This document shows positions 19,749-27,953 of a stretch of DNA of 42,049 nt, one piece after another. The position numbers and the translations under genes are program-made. The notes beneath the pieces are model-generated. The model saw nothing but the letters and a program-made list of their open reading frames with translations. It had not been told where the DNA came from and searched no databases. Positions within the stretch are counted from its first letter, which is position 1; each line of letters opens with the position of its first letter. This DNA comes from a virus. The DNA is taken from UHGV virus genome UHGV-0229743, one strand, 5' to 3'.

Positions 19749-20015
19749 ATGACGGAAGCAATTACAGTGGCATTGATTACGGGCGGCTTATCGCTGCTCG
19801 GCGTAATCATAGCAAGCGCCGCCGGAAACCGGCGGACAGAACAAAAAATCCAAGTCGCGCAGGCTGTAACGGACACCAAAATCGAAGAGCTCACGCGGGA
19901 GGTGAGAAAGCATAATAATTTTGCCGAAAAAATCCCCGTAATACAAGAGCAAATCAAGGTGGTAAATCACCGCATCGCGGATTTGGAAACAAATGAAAGG
20001 ATGGATAAATCGTGA
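19749..20015 (+). CDS. Holin-like / membrane lysis accessory protein
   Basis: N-terminal TM helix plus coiled-coil; lies in the lysis module. Confidence 0.6.
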   Translation: MTEAITVALITGGLSLLGVIIASAAGNRRTEQKIQVAQAVTDTKIEELTREVRKHNNFAEKIPVIQEQIKVVNHRIADLETNERMDKS

Positions 20016-20233
20016 AAAATTGGAAAATGTGGGCGAAAGCGGCAGCCGTGCGCGCCGTGAAAACAATCGCGCAGACCGCCGTGGCAACAATCGGTACAAG
20101 CATTGCGCTCGGTGACGTAAATTGGGCAATGGTGGCATCTGCTTCCGCCCTTGCAGGCGTGCTGAGCGTGCTGACGAGCGTTGCGGGCCTGCCGGAAGTA
20201 ACGGACGAACCTACAAAGGATGAAGTGAAATGA
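20012..20233 (+). CDS. Holin
   Basis: RAVKTIAQTAVATIG…VNW…LSVLTSVAGLPE, a typical small holin. Confidence 0.88.
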   Translation: MKNWKMWAKAAAVRAVKTIAQTAVATIGTSIALGDVNWAMVASASALAGVLSVLTSVAGLPEVTDEPTKDEVK

Positions 20234-22188
20234 AAAATAATCATGAAATCATCCTCAAACAATACGCCGCGTACTGCAAGGAGCAATCCTTATATCTTGG
20301 CACGGCGGGCAGCTACGGCATGGAGATGCTGACGATCATTCGCGAGGGTGTTTGGGCGGAGTACGATATTTTAGCGGCGTTTCACCCGCCGGTCGGGGCT
20401 GCGGTGCAGGTGCGCGTCGGCGCGAACAATCAAATCGGCGTGCCGATCGAAGCCACGGCGGAAAAGGGCATGGGCGAGATCGTATTCGCGGGCTACAAGG
20501 AGGGCGTGCGACAGATTGCGGTCGACGTACTGTACAAGGTGGCGCCGTCCTCTGGTGCGAGCGGCACAGAACCCGCCGAGCCTACGCCAGACGTGGTACA
20601 GCAGATTTTGTCTGCGGCGAATGGTGCAGTCAAGACCGCCGATGGAGTCCGCGAGGACATGGACAAGGTGCTGGAGGCGGAGTCCGGGCGGGAAACCGCC
20701 GAAGCCAACCGGGCGGCGGCGGAGTCTGCCCGCGTTGAGGCGGAGACCGCCAGAGTTGATGCAGAGGCTTACCGCGCCGCCGCTGAAAAGGAGAGGCAAA
20801 TCGCCGAAAGCGCCCGTCTTGCCGCCGAGAATGACCGTCAGAGCGCGGAGACGGCCCGGGCAAAAGCGGAAACAGCCCGCGAAAGTGCTGAAACTGACCG
20901 GGCAACCGCAGAAGTCGCTCGCGTAAATGCGGAAGAGGAACGCGCAGATTACGAAAAGTTACGAAAGGATCACGAAACCCAGCGCGTTACCGATGAGACC
21001 GTCCGCCAGACTGCCGAGTCCAAGCGGCAAGAGGCCGAAACAGCCAGGGCTGACGCAGAGTCCAAACGTGCCGCCGCAGAGCAGGCCCGTGTAAAGGCAG
21101 AGAGTACCCGTGTGGCCGCAGAGACGGCCAGAAAAGACGCTGAATCCAAGCGTGCCAGCGCCGAGCAGGAGCGGCAGACGGCGGAACAGGGGCGCACGGA
21201 GGCAGAAACCGCCCGCGTAGAAGCGGAAGCGGAGCGTGAAAAGCAGCTGCCTGCGCTAAAGTCATCCGTGGACGAACTGCGAGCCCGACAGAACATCCTT
21301 GTGGGTAGCGAGACAGGCAATCCGATCGCCGTTGACGATGCTTTTGCAGCGCCGCTGTGCGGTCTGACCGTGTACGGTAAGAGCACGCAGGACGGCACAC
21401 CCATGCCCGATGCGCCTGTGCCTATCGTGAGCGCTGGTGACGGCGGGAGCGTGGTGGCGAAGGTGACGGGGAAGAATCTGCTAAACCCGTCGCTGTTTCA
21501 AAATAACAAATATCAGAGTTTCAATGCCGAAACCGGTTATTATGAGATAGATAGTGCAAATGATTATTGGATAACGGGCATTCAACCGTGCTTACCGAGT
21601 ACAACCTACCACTTTAATGTATACACAGAAGGCGGTTGTTTTTATGATGAAAAAAAGAATGTAATCGGTATTATCGGATTTGAGTTTACAGTTAAAACGC
21701 CATCGAAATGCGCGTATTACTGTATCAATTTTTCATCAGTGAGATTGCCCTACGGCTCGCCAGTCATTGCAACAGTGAGTGAACCTGCCACCTACTCCCC
21801 CTACCGTGAACAGCTCCTCACTCTGCAAACACCAAACGGCTTACCCGGCATCCCTGTCACCTCTGGCGGCAACTACACTGACCAGAGCGGTCAGCAGTGG
21901 GTGTGCGACGAGGTGGATTTGGCAAGAGGGGTGAAGGTGCAGCGGATTGATACTGCGGCTTTAGACAGCGCAAAACCGCTCACCGAACAAAACGCGACTC
22001 TATCGCCCCCTATCGAAACACCACTCACCTCTGACGAGATCTCCGCATACAAAGCCCTCACCGCTTACGGCCCTGACACTGTGGTGCAGGCCAGCGATGG
22101 CGCTGGCATCAGGCTGGACTACCAGCGGGACTTAAATCTCGTTGTCAAAAATCTTGAGGACGCCATTGCGTCCATGACCACTACCTAA
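20230..22188 (+). CDS. BppU-like structural protein with long Ala/Glu/Arg coiled-coil repeats and a C-terminal beta domain
   Basis: EPTPDVVQQIL; AETAR heptad repeats; LTVYGKSTQDGTP and TGKNLL motifs. Confidence 0.7.
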   Translation: MKNNHEIILKQYAAYCKEQSLYLGTAGSYGMEMLTIIREGVWAEYDILAAFHPPVGAAVQVRVGANNQIGVPIEATAEKGMGEIVFAGYKEGVRQIAVDVLYKVAPSSGASGTEPAEPTPDVVQQILSAANGAVKTADGVREDMDKVLEAESGRETAEANRAAAESARVEAETARVDAEAYRAAAEKERQIAESARLAAENDRQSAETARAKAETARESAETDRATAEVARVNAEEERADYEKLRKDHETQRVTDETVRQTAESKRQEAETARADAESKRAAAEQARVKAESTRVAAETARKDAESKRASAEQERQTAEQGRTEAETARVEAEAEREKQLPALKSSVDELRARQNILVGSETGNPIAVDDAFAAPLCGLTVYGKSTQDGTPMPDAPVPIVSAGDGGSVVAKVTGKNLLNPSLFQNNKYQSFNAETGYYEIDSANDYWITGIQPCLPSTTYHFNVYTEGGCFYDEKKNVIGIIGFEFTVKTPSKCAYYCINFSSVRLPYGSPVIATVSEPATYSPYREQLLTLQTPNGLPGIPVTSGGNYTDQSGQQWVCDEVDLARGVKVQRIDTAALDSAKPLTEQNATLSPPIETPLTSDEISAYKALTAYGPDTVVQASDGAGIRLDYQRDLNLVVKNLEDAIASMTTT

Positions 22189-22200
22189 AGGAGGTACAAT

Positions 22201-22431
22201 ATGGCTATCAAAAGCAAAGCCCGGCACGACCTGACCCTGCGCTCCATCAAGCGCGAGATCGTTGCCGGACGCGACGTGGCGTACTGGCTGGACAAGGCAT
22301 ACACCCATCTGGACAACGGTCTGCTGACGGAAGACGACATCGCGGAAGTTGAAGCCCTTGCACAAGCATATTACGACGCACTGGACGCGGTGGAGAAGGA
22401 CAGTCCGGAAATTATAAAGGAGGATAAATAA
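22201..22431 (+). CDS. Hypothetical protein
   Basis: AAGGAGG RBS; GLLTEDDIAEV. Confidence 0.7.
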   Translation: MAIKSKARHDLTLRSIKREIVAGRDVAYWLDKAYTHLDNGLLTEDDIAEVEALAQAYYDALDAVEKDSPEIIKEDK

Positions 22432-23361
22432 ATGGTACCGATCAGACAAAATTTACTTAGCCAGAGCAAATATGACCTAAAAGTCCCGGTGGAATCCTGC
22501 GCAAAGGACATGAAATATATCGTCGTGCACAACACGGCAAACGATGCTTCTGCCGCGAATGAAGTTGCGTATATGATTCGCAACGACAGCTCTACGTCGT
22601 TTAACGCGGCGGTCGATGACAAGGAAATCGTCATTGGTATCCCGCTGAACAGAGGTGCGTTTGCGGCGGGGCAGCGCGACGGCAATGCACATGGTATTCA
22701 TATCGAGATTTGCTATTCGCTTTCGGGCGGCACGCGCTTCGATAAAGCCGAAAAGAACGCCGCAGAGTATATCGCGAAGCTGCTCACCGAGCGCAAGTGG
22801 GATACTTCGCACGTGAAGAAGCATCAGGACTTCGACGGCAAATACTGCCCGCACCGCACGCTCGACAAGGGCTGGCAGCGCTTTTTGAACATGGTGAAAA
22901 GCTATATGACGGCGAGCACACCGGCAAAGCCTACACCCAAGCCGAGTAAGCCGAAGCCCACCTGCACGGGCGATCTGACGTATTCCGCATACGCGGGGCG
23001 CCATTGGCTCCCGCAGGTAAAAAACTGCGATGACTACGCGGGCAACTTTGGACAGGCGATGGAAGGGCTTAAAATCAATGCCAAAAACTGCGATATTTAT
23101 TATCGTGTTCATCTCCGGGGCGGCGGTTGGCTCCCGGAGATCAAAAACAGCGGCGCAGGTGCAGACGGCTACGCGGGCATTTACGGCGAGCAGATCGACG
23201 GCGTACAGATACGCACGCCCGTCGGCTTTGTAAACTGCCGCGTACATATCAAGGGCGGCGGCTGGCTGAGTTGGGTGCGCTTTGGAAGCAAGTACAATTC
23301 CGGCGCAAACGGCTACGCGGGCATTTACGGCTCGGCCATTGATGCAATCCAGATGGAGTAA
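22432..23361 (+). CDS. Endolysin: N-acetylmuramoyl-L-alanine amidase (Amidase_2) with Trp-containing cell-wall-binding repeats
   Basis: VVHNTAN, HIEICY and KHQDF..KYCP Zn-amidase motifs; Pro/Lys linker; repeats YRVH..GGGWL…GYAGIYG. Confidence 0.92.
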   Translation: MVPIRQNLLSQSKYDLKVPVESCAKDMKYIVVHNTANDASAANEVAYMIRNDSSTSFNAAVDDKEIVIGIPLNRGAFAAGQRDGNAHGIHIEICYSLSGGTRFDKAEKNAAEYIAKLLTERKWDTSHVKKHQDFDGKYCPHRTLDKGWQRFLNMVKSYMTASTPAKPTPKPSKPKPTCTGDLTYSAYAGRHWLPQVKNCDDYAGNFGQAMEGLKINAKNCDIYYRVHLRGGGWLPEIKNSGAGADGYAGIYGEQIDGVQIRTPVGFVNCRVHIKGGGWLSWVRFGSKYNSGANGYAGIYGSAIDAIQME

Positions 23362-23453
23362 GATATTAAAAAGTCGCTAAATTATCACATTGATTTGCAA
23401 ACTGTTTGCTAAAATGGCAAAATAGGCGTTTTTTAACAATTTGCAAGCAAAGC

Positions 23454-23499
23454 AAAAGCCGCAGGGCTTCATCTTTTTGATGGGCTCTGCGGCTTTTTT
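23454..23499. terminator. Bidirectional terminator
   Basis: AAAAGCCGCAGGGC…GCTCTGCGGCTTTTTT between convergent genes. Confidence 0.85.
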
Positions 23500-23517
23500 A
23501 TTTATAGTTGTTTGGTT

Positions 23518-23964
23518 TTAAGATTCTAAGATTTCTGTTTTCACAACTTTCGCGGGAACAATAATGCTATGCTTTCCGTCTTTTTGAGGTATTTCTAACT
23601 TGATGGTTCGCGCAGCAGCATCAAAAGCTTCCTTGTAATTTCTCTCCGCGACAGGTAAAACATCACACCACGCTAAGACTTCACAGCCATGACCGTTTAG
23701 ATCGTTGCTGTAGTCACAATATAATCCTAACCGATTAAGGTTAGCCATTCCATAAAATCCGTCATGGACATGCTCAGGCAGTTCAATTGTTACTCGCATA
23801 TGGCTTGCGTGACACGGACTGCCTTGACGCCACCCGTTAGGCATGCGGTGCGCTGAATATACGTCTTGGTGCAACACAACAAAGGTTTTCGTTTCGGATG
23901 GGCCAGAATTTGTACTGACTTTCGTTCCGTACATAAGTTTTAATAAAAGTTCTGCTTTTTCCAT
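23518..23964 (-). CDS. Hypothetical protein (148 aa), candidate anti-defence protein
   Basis: Own sigmaA promoter and CGGAGG RBS; leader duplicated from the acrVA2-like operon. Confidence 0.75.
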   Translation of the reverse strand: MEKAELLLKLMYGTKVSTNSGPSETKTFVVLHQDVYSAHRMPNGWRQGSPCHASHMRVTIELPEHVHDGFYGMANLNRLGLYCDYSNDLNGHGCEVLAWCDVLPVAERNYKEAFDAAARTIKLEIPQKDGKHSIIVPAKVVKTEILES

Positions 23965-24087
23965 TTTGATTTCCTCCGTTTGGATTGTTTTTATTTTCTG
24001 TCTTTGTCCTTTTGACACTTATATTATACATCTACAGCTGTATAAAGTCAAGTACTTTTTCAAAAGTTTTTGAAAAATTCTTGATTT
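23962..24087 (-). promoter_or_regulatory. Leader copy 1: promoter, palindromic operator and RBS
   Basis: TTGACT(24051-24046)-17 bp-TATAAT(24028-24023); TACAGCTGTA palindrome at 24033-24042; 47-bp and 19-bp blocks identical to copy 2. Confidence 0.88.
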
Positions 24088-24109
24088 TTTTCGCGCGCTA
24101 AGGTATAGT
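24081..24109 (+). promoter_or_regulatory. SigmaA-type promoter of the putative sRNA
   Basis: TTGATT(24081-24086)-17 bp-TATAGT(24104-24109). Confidence 0.7.
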
Positions 24110-24114
24110 ATAAA

Positions 24115-24254
24115 GCGTTCGGATTTCCTCCGAATATGTCGCCCCGAAAACGGGGTAGGACAGAAATGAAAATGTTTTTGCCGTCCTTTTGACAATTTCG
24201 GCACAAACAAGCAAAGCCCCGGCAGCTGATTGGCATACCGGGGTTTTTGCTTTT
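24115..24254 (+). ncRNA. Putative antisense sRNA (~140 nt) targeting the duplicated leaders
   Basis: Promoter upstream, three hairpins plus a terminator; contains GATTTCCTCCG and GTCCTTTTGACA, complementary to the SD region and 5' end of both leader mRNAs. Confidence 0.7.
24209..24254. terminator. Bidirectional terminator shared by the sRNA and the HTH operon
   Basis: AAGCAAAGCCCCGG…CCGGGGTTTTTGCTT. Confidence 0.85.
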
Positions 24255-24453
24255 ACTCGTCGATCTCTCTCAAATCCTCCGCTCGAATCGATAGGGCAGA
24301 GGATAATTTGCAGACCGTCTCAAATTGAGCTTTGTTGATATTGCGATCTTTGCACTCATATTGCTGTATCATTCGGACGTTTACGCCGGATTTGCTCGCT
24401 AATTGGGATTGAGATAATCTGGCGGCTAAACGTAATCGCTGTAAGTTTGTCAT
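24253..24453 (-). CDS. XRE-family HTH protein, Aca-like
   Basis: LSQSQLASKSGVNVRMIQQYE; last gene of the operon after the acrVA2-like gene. Confidence 0.85.
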   Translation of the reverse strand: MTNLQRLRLAARLSQSQLASKSGVNVRMIQQYECKDRNINKAQFETVCKLSSALSIRAEDLREIDE

Positions 24454-24465
24454 TTTTTAGCTCCT

Positions 24466-25521
24466 TTACTTTATTCGGTGGATCGTGGGCAACATATTAT
24501 CCGCATTGCCTGCATTTACAAAAATCGGCGCTACCCATTTAAGGATCAGCTTACGCGTACCGTCTTTGCGACTGCCCTGCCAAAAGTGGTGATAATGGCC
24601 GCGGCGGACATGGGCGGCGACTTTTGTGCGCGTGGCGGTGTGCGTGCTGCCGGACTTTTTTCGTTCGCGTGCCTCCTCTTGCTTGTGGTAGCGGATTGCC
24701 TGCCCTATGCGGTAACCAACTTGCGCCGTCCGTGATTTTACTTTTTTTGTGGGTGCCGAGGTTGCTTCCGGCTTTTCTATATCTGTCTCCGGCTCCTCTG
24801 GGGCCGGGCTTGTATATTCTACCTCTGCGTTTTGCGAGCAGAGATAAAGCAAAAGTGATAAGCAATGCTCAAGCACTATTTTGTTTGCCTCATATTCGCG
24901 CCTATGTGTTTCCGCCACTTGCCGCATATACTGCTCTTTGTCTAAATGAGGATAAGAGAGCAAAAGTGCATCTGTTACCTCGGGGTCATCCAACGCCCGC
25001 ATGAGCTCCATGTAATCTGCTCGCATACACCTCTCAAGTGTTGACCGCCGGAACGTCAGATGCAAAGAGCGTTGCTGCGCCGGTATATAAAATTTTATGG
25101 ACGGTACGGCATCCCGTGTAGGCGTAAACTCTCTATCTTTTGTAGCAAAAAACGCTATTGGCGTATTTCGCACGGAGATATAAACGCCGTCATAGGGCAT
25201 TCCGTCAAATGCTTCAACCGGCAAATCCGCGGCGCTGTCAAAGCTATCTATAAGCTCTTCGGCGATATTTGCATCAAAATCATAGATGCTTTTATTTTTA
25301 GCCCATGCAGCCAATGCGTGCACACGGGGGACGATTTCCTCCTGCGCCTTTGCCGTGGGAACTTTGTACTTTCCTCCGAGCGTATTGGATACATACGCAG
25401 AGGCAAGCACCGGCAAGTCCGAAGCTGCTTGCGCCTCGTCCAGCTCCCGGAAAATCCCGGGGAACTGTTGGGCGGTGTAATTAAGGAGTTTTTGCGGCTC
25501 CAACGAGATTCTTTTCGCCAT
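24466..25521 (-). CDS. acrVA2: AcrVA2/FinQ-family anti-CRISPR-like protein
   Basis: Ordered motifs AW…IYDFD, LP…F..MP…VYI, LLLYLC, VGYRIG and HVRRGHYHHFW.G…KW..PIFVN match AcrVA2 as recalled; AAGGAGG RBS. Confidence 0.78.
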   Translation of the reverse strand: MAKRISLEPQKLLNYTAQQFPGIFRELDEAQAASDLPVLASAYVSNTLGGKYKVPTAKAQEEIVPRVHALAAWAKNKSIYDFDANIAEELIDSFDSAADLPVEAFDGMPYDGVYISVRNTPIAFFATKDREFTPTRDAVPSIKFYIPAQQRSLHLTFRRSTLERCMRADYMELMRALDDPEVTDALLLSYPHLDKEQYMRQVAETHRREYEANKIVLEHCLSLLLYLCSQNAEVEYTSPAPEEPETDIEKPEATSAPTKKVKSRTAQVGYRIGQAIRYHKQEEARERKKSGSTHTATRTKVAAHVRRGHYHHFWQGSRKDGTRKLILKWVAPIFVNAGNADNMLPTIHRIK

Positions 25522-25537
25522 GTCGTCTGGCACCTCC

Positions 25538-25915
25538 TTAGAATCCCATTTTTTTCATGTTCCACGTCGGGCGCCAACCGGCGTCAACAATTCCGCGTTT
25601 TCCGTTCTCCTTGAGCACTTCCCCGAGGATCAGGTCTGCTAACTTTCCATAGCTTTCGCGGCGATCAATGACCAAGCTTGCTTTGACTTCCGGCATTGCC
25701 TGCACAAGCTTTTTGATTTCGGTCTCATAACGCTTGGCAGCTTCGCTGTAAAACTTAACCTCTTCGCAATATGTGCTTACTTCGCCGTGCGTTTTAATTT
25801 TTTCCTCGGCATCAGATGCAATATACATCAAAAAATCATACGGGCCGCTTACAATTTTCTCTGCCCATTCGATTTGCTTTTCGCTGCCGACAAAATTAAA
25901 CATTGTGTTCATCAT
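25538..25915 (-). CDS. Hypothetical protein (125 aa, GSEKQIEWAEKI motif), candidate anti-defence protein
   Basis: First gene after leader copy 2; CGGAGG RBS. Confidence 0.78.
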   Translation of the reverse strand: MMNTMFNFVGSEKQIEWAEKIVSGPYDFLMYIASDAEEKIKTHGEVSTYCEEVKFYSEAAKRYETEIKKLVQAMPEVKASLVIDRRESYGKLADLILGEVLKENGKRGIVDAGWRPTWNMKKMGF

Positions 25916-26034
25916 TTTGATTTCCTCCGTTGGTGTGAGTTGATTTTGTTTTGCTTTCCTTTTGACACTTATATTATACATCTACAGCTGTATAAAGTCA
26001 AGTGTTTTTTAAAAATTTTTAAAAAACTTGATTT
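25913..26034 (-). promoter_or_regulatory. Leader copy 2: promoter, operator and RBS
   Basis: 25957-26003 identical to 24007-24053; 25913-25931 identical to 23962-23980. Confidence 0.88.
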
Positions 26035-26051
26035 AGCAGATGGGTGATAAG

Positions 26052-26292
26052 CGTGTTGCATATCGTGTTGCATTTTGGTAAAAAACGGCTTAATTACATC
26101 AAAAATAGTTTTAAAACATAAAAATATTTTTTAGAAAAAATAAAGAAAAACCCGCATGAAATCTAAGCTTTTTAGACTTCATGCGGGTTTTGAGTTTGGT
26201 GCAGGTAACAGGACTTGAACCTGTAATATATAAGCATAAAACCCGCATAAACTCTATATATTTTAAAACATGTGTTGCTTTTTGTGTTGCAT
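26052..26292. other. attP: tRNA 3'-end core flanked by paired arm-type repeats
   Basis: Minus strand ACAGGTTCAAGTCCTGTTACCTGCACCA (26197-26224) is a T-arm plus acceptor 3' half plus ACCA; GTGTTGC repeat pairs at 26052/26064 and 26271/26283; adjacent to the integrase 3' end. Confidence 0.8.
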
Positions 26293-26299
26293 TTTGCTT

Positions 26300-27325
26300 T
26301 TATCCGTAAGATTTTGTGAATCGGTCAACGATTTTTGCGTTAAAGTCCTTTTGCTCATCGGATAAAACGTGCTCGTAGATTTTGTCGAGGACCTCGCGGT
26401 TTTCCCACCCTCCGCGCTGCATGATATATAGGTCCGGCACGCCCATAGCGTGCAGGACGGAAGCGGAATGGTGGCGCAGATCGTGAAAGCGGTATGGTTT
26501 ACCCAACACGCGCAGGGAGAGCGTGCGGAAGAGGTTTGATATTGTAATAGGCGAGTACGGGCATACGCGCTCATTATCTATGCTGCGCAGCTCATCAATG
26601 ATAAATTTCGGCAGCTCCACAAATCGAGTGCCGGCGGTTGTTTTGGTAGACTTAATAACATACTCGTGATTATCGTCACAGACCATAGCCTTGTTAACCA
26701 TGACGCCGTTATCATGCACGTCGCTTTGCGTCAGTGCGCATATTTCGGAGCGGCGGAGGGTGCCTACAGCAGCCAGTAAAATAGCTTGGTGCATATTAGT
26801 GCCCTCGGCCGCTTCCAACAATGCCTTTACTTCCGCCTCGGTGGGAATGGTGATCCTCGTCTTTTGCTTCTGCGGCAAGCCCGTTGAGAGTTGGAAAGAG
26901 GGATAATATACGCCCAGCACGGCGGATAAAAGCCCATGGGCATTGCGCACGGTCTTTGGCGCATGATTTGCCGCGAACTGGTTTATGGAGCGCTGCACGG
27001 CCTCCTGCGTAATGTCGCGCAGCTTTAGCGGCATAATGTCTTGCAGGTCATTCCGGGCGCTTCGGCGGTACTCGCGTATCGTAGAGGGCGAGAGCACGTT
27101 GGTTTTGCTGTCGATATAGCGCGTGTATGCCTCTTTCAAAGTCATGTCTCCGGCGGATGCGGTGCGCTGCTTTCCGTCCAATTTGTATTCTGCCGCCATG
27201 TATTCGGCTTCTTTTTTTGTTGTGGCGGTAAATGATTTGTAAATCCGCTTTCCGGTGGCGGGGTCCGTGTAATCGTATAGATTTACGCGCCAGTTACCGG
27301 AGGGCAGTTTTTTTGCTTTTGCCAT
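26300..27325 (-). CDS. int: Tyrosine integrase
   Basis: LRRSEI, KSTKT, FHDLRH, GGW and IYEH catalytic motifs; N-terminal arm-binding domain. Confidence 0.95.
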   Translation of the reverse strand: MAKAKKLPSGNWRVNLYDYTDPATGKRIYKSFTATTKKEAEYMAAEYKLDGKQRTASAGDMTLKEAYTRYIDSKTNVLSPSTIREYRRSARNDLQDIMPLKLRDITQEAVQRSINQFAANHAPKTVRNAHGLLSAVLGVYYPSFQLSTGLPQKQKTRITIPTEAEVKALLEAAEGTNMHQAILLAAVGTLRRSEICALTQSDVHDNGVMVNKAMVCDDNHEYVIKSTKTTAGTRFVELPKFIIDELRSIDNERVCPYSPITISNLFRTLSLRVLGKPYRFHDLRHHSASVLHAMGVPDLYIMQRGGWENREVLDKIYEHVLSDEQKDFNAKIVDRFTKSYG

Positions 27326-27383
27326 TGTACATCCTCCTATTTTAAAAATCCCGCAGATACGTTTTTGTATCCACGGGATTTTG

Positions 27384-27860
27384 TTATTTGAGCAAACCGT
27401 CGGAAACGGAGCGAGCCTGTATCCAGCCGCGATCTAAGTTTGCAATGTCGTAGCCAAAAAAGAAGCAAACGAAAATCACAAGGATGATGCAGATAATCAA
27501 GCAAATCCGAACGAGCCGCCGATCTTCGTTGTGCTGGCGCATAAATTGTGCTTCTTGCTGCGCGAGCCTTACAATCTTATCTTCGCGTTCAAACTCAATG
27601 CTTTTCTTCAGGTACTCGATCTGCTCGTTCTCGGAGCCTTCGTCCGGCATCGGCGGTGTAACGATGTCATATTTGACGGCGGCAAGGATAGATCTAAGCA
27701 CAACGATGCTCGGGTCGGCCTGCCGTTTAAAAATGCGGATAATTGTACTTTGTGAGACATTACAAGCGTCCGCAACGTTTTGATAAGATAAGTTGAGCGC
27801 GACGCGTCGAGCTTCCAGTTTAGGCACAAGCGCGTCTAAATTGATTGTCGAAAAATCCAT
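27384..27860 (-). CDS. XRE HTH protein with C-terminal TM helix
   Basis: LSYQNVADACNVSQSTIIRIF; hydrophobic ICLIICIILVIFVCFFFG. Confidence 0.75.
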   Translation of the reverse strand: MDFSTINLDALVPKLEARRVALNLSYQNVADACNVSQSTIIRIFKRQADPSIVVLRSILAAVKYDIVTPPMPDEGSENEQIEYLKKSIEFEREDKIVRLAQQEAQFMRQHNEDRRLVRICLIICIILVIFVCFFFGYDIANLDRGWIQARSVSDGLLK

Positions 27861-27953
27861 AAGAAGCACCTTTTTTGCAATTTAAGTCATATATAAAGTA
27901 CCGTCATTCAAAATTGAGTATTTACACCACCGTTTGGAAAGATTATCCTTTAA

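Noticed and set aside
17064..22188. Diversity-generating retroelement or shufflon acting on the tail fibres
   Set aside because: No reverse transcriptase (YxDD) or invertase ORF, and no TR/VR or inverted repeat pair seen
23168..23331. 21-bp direct repeat GGCTACGCGGGCATTTACGGC
   Set aside because: Encodes repeated cell-wall-binding units of the endolysin
23962..26034. CRISPR mini-array or Racr interpretation of the repeats
   Set aside because: Only two copies 1.95 kb apart, and they are explained as promoter/RBS elements; no repeat-spacer periodicity
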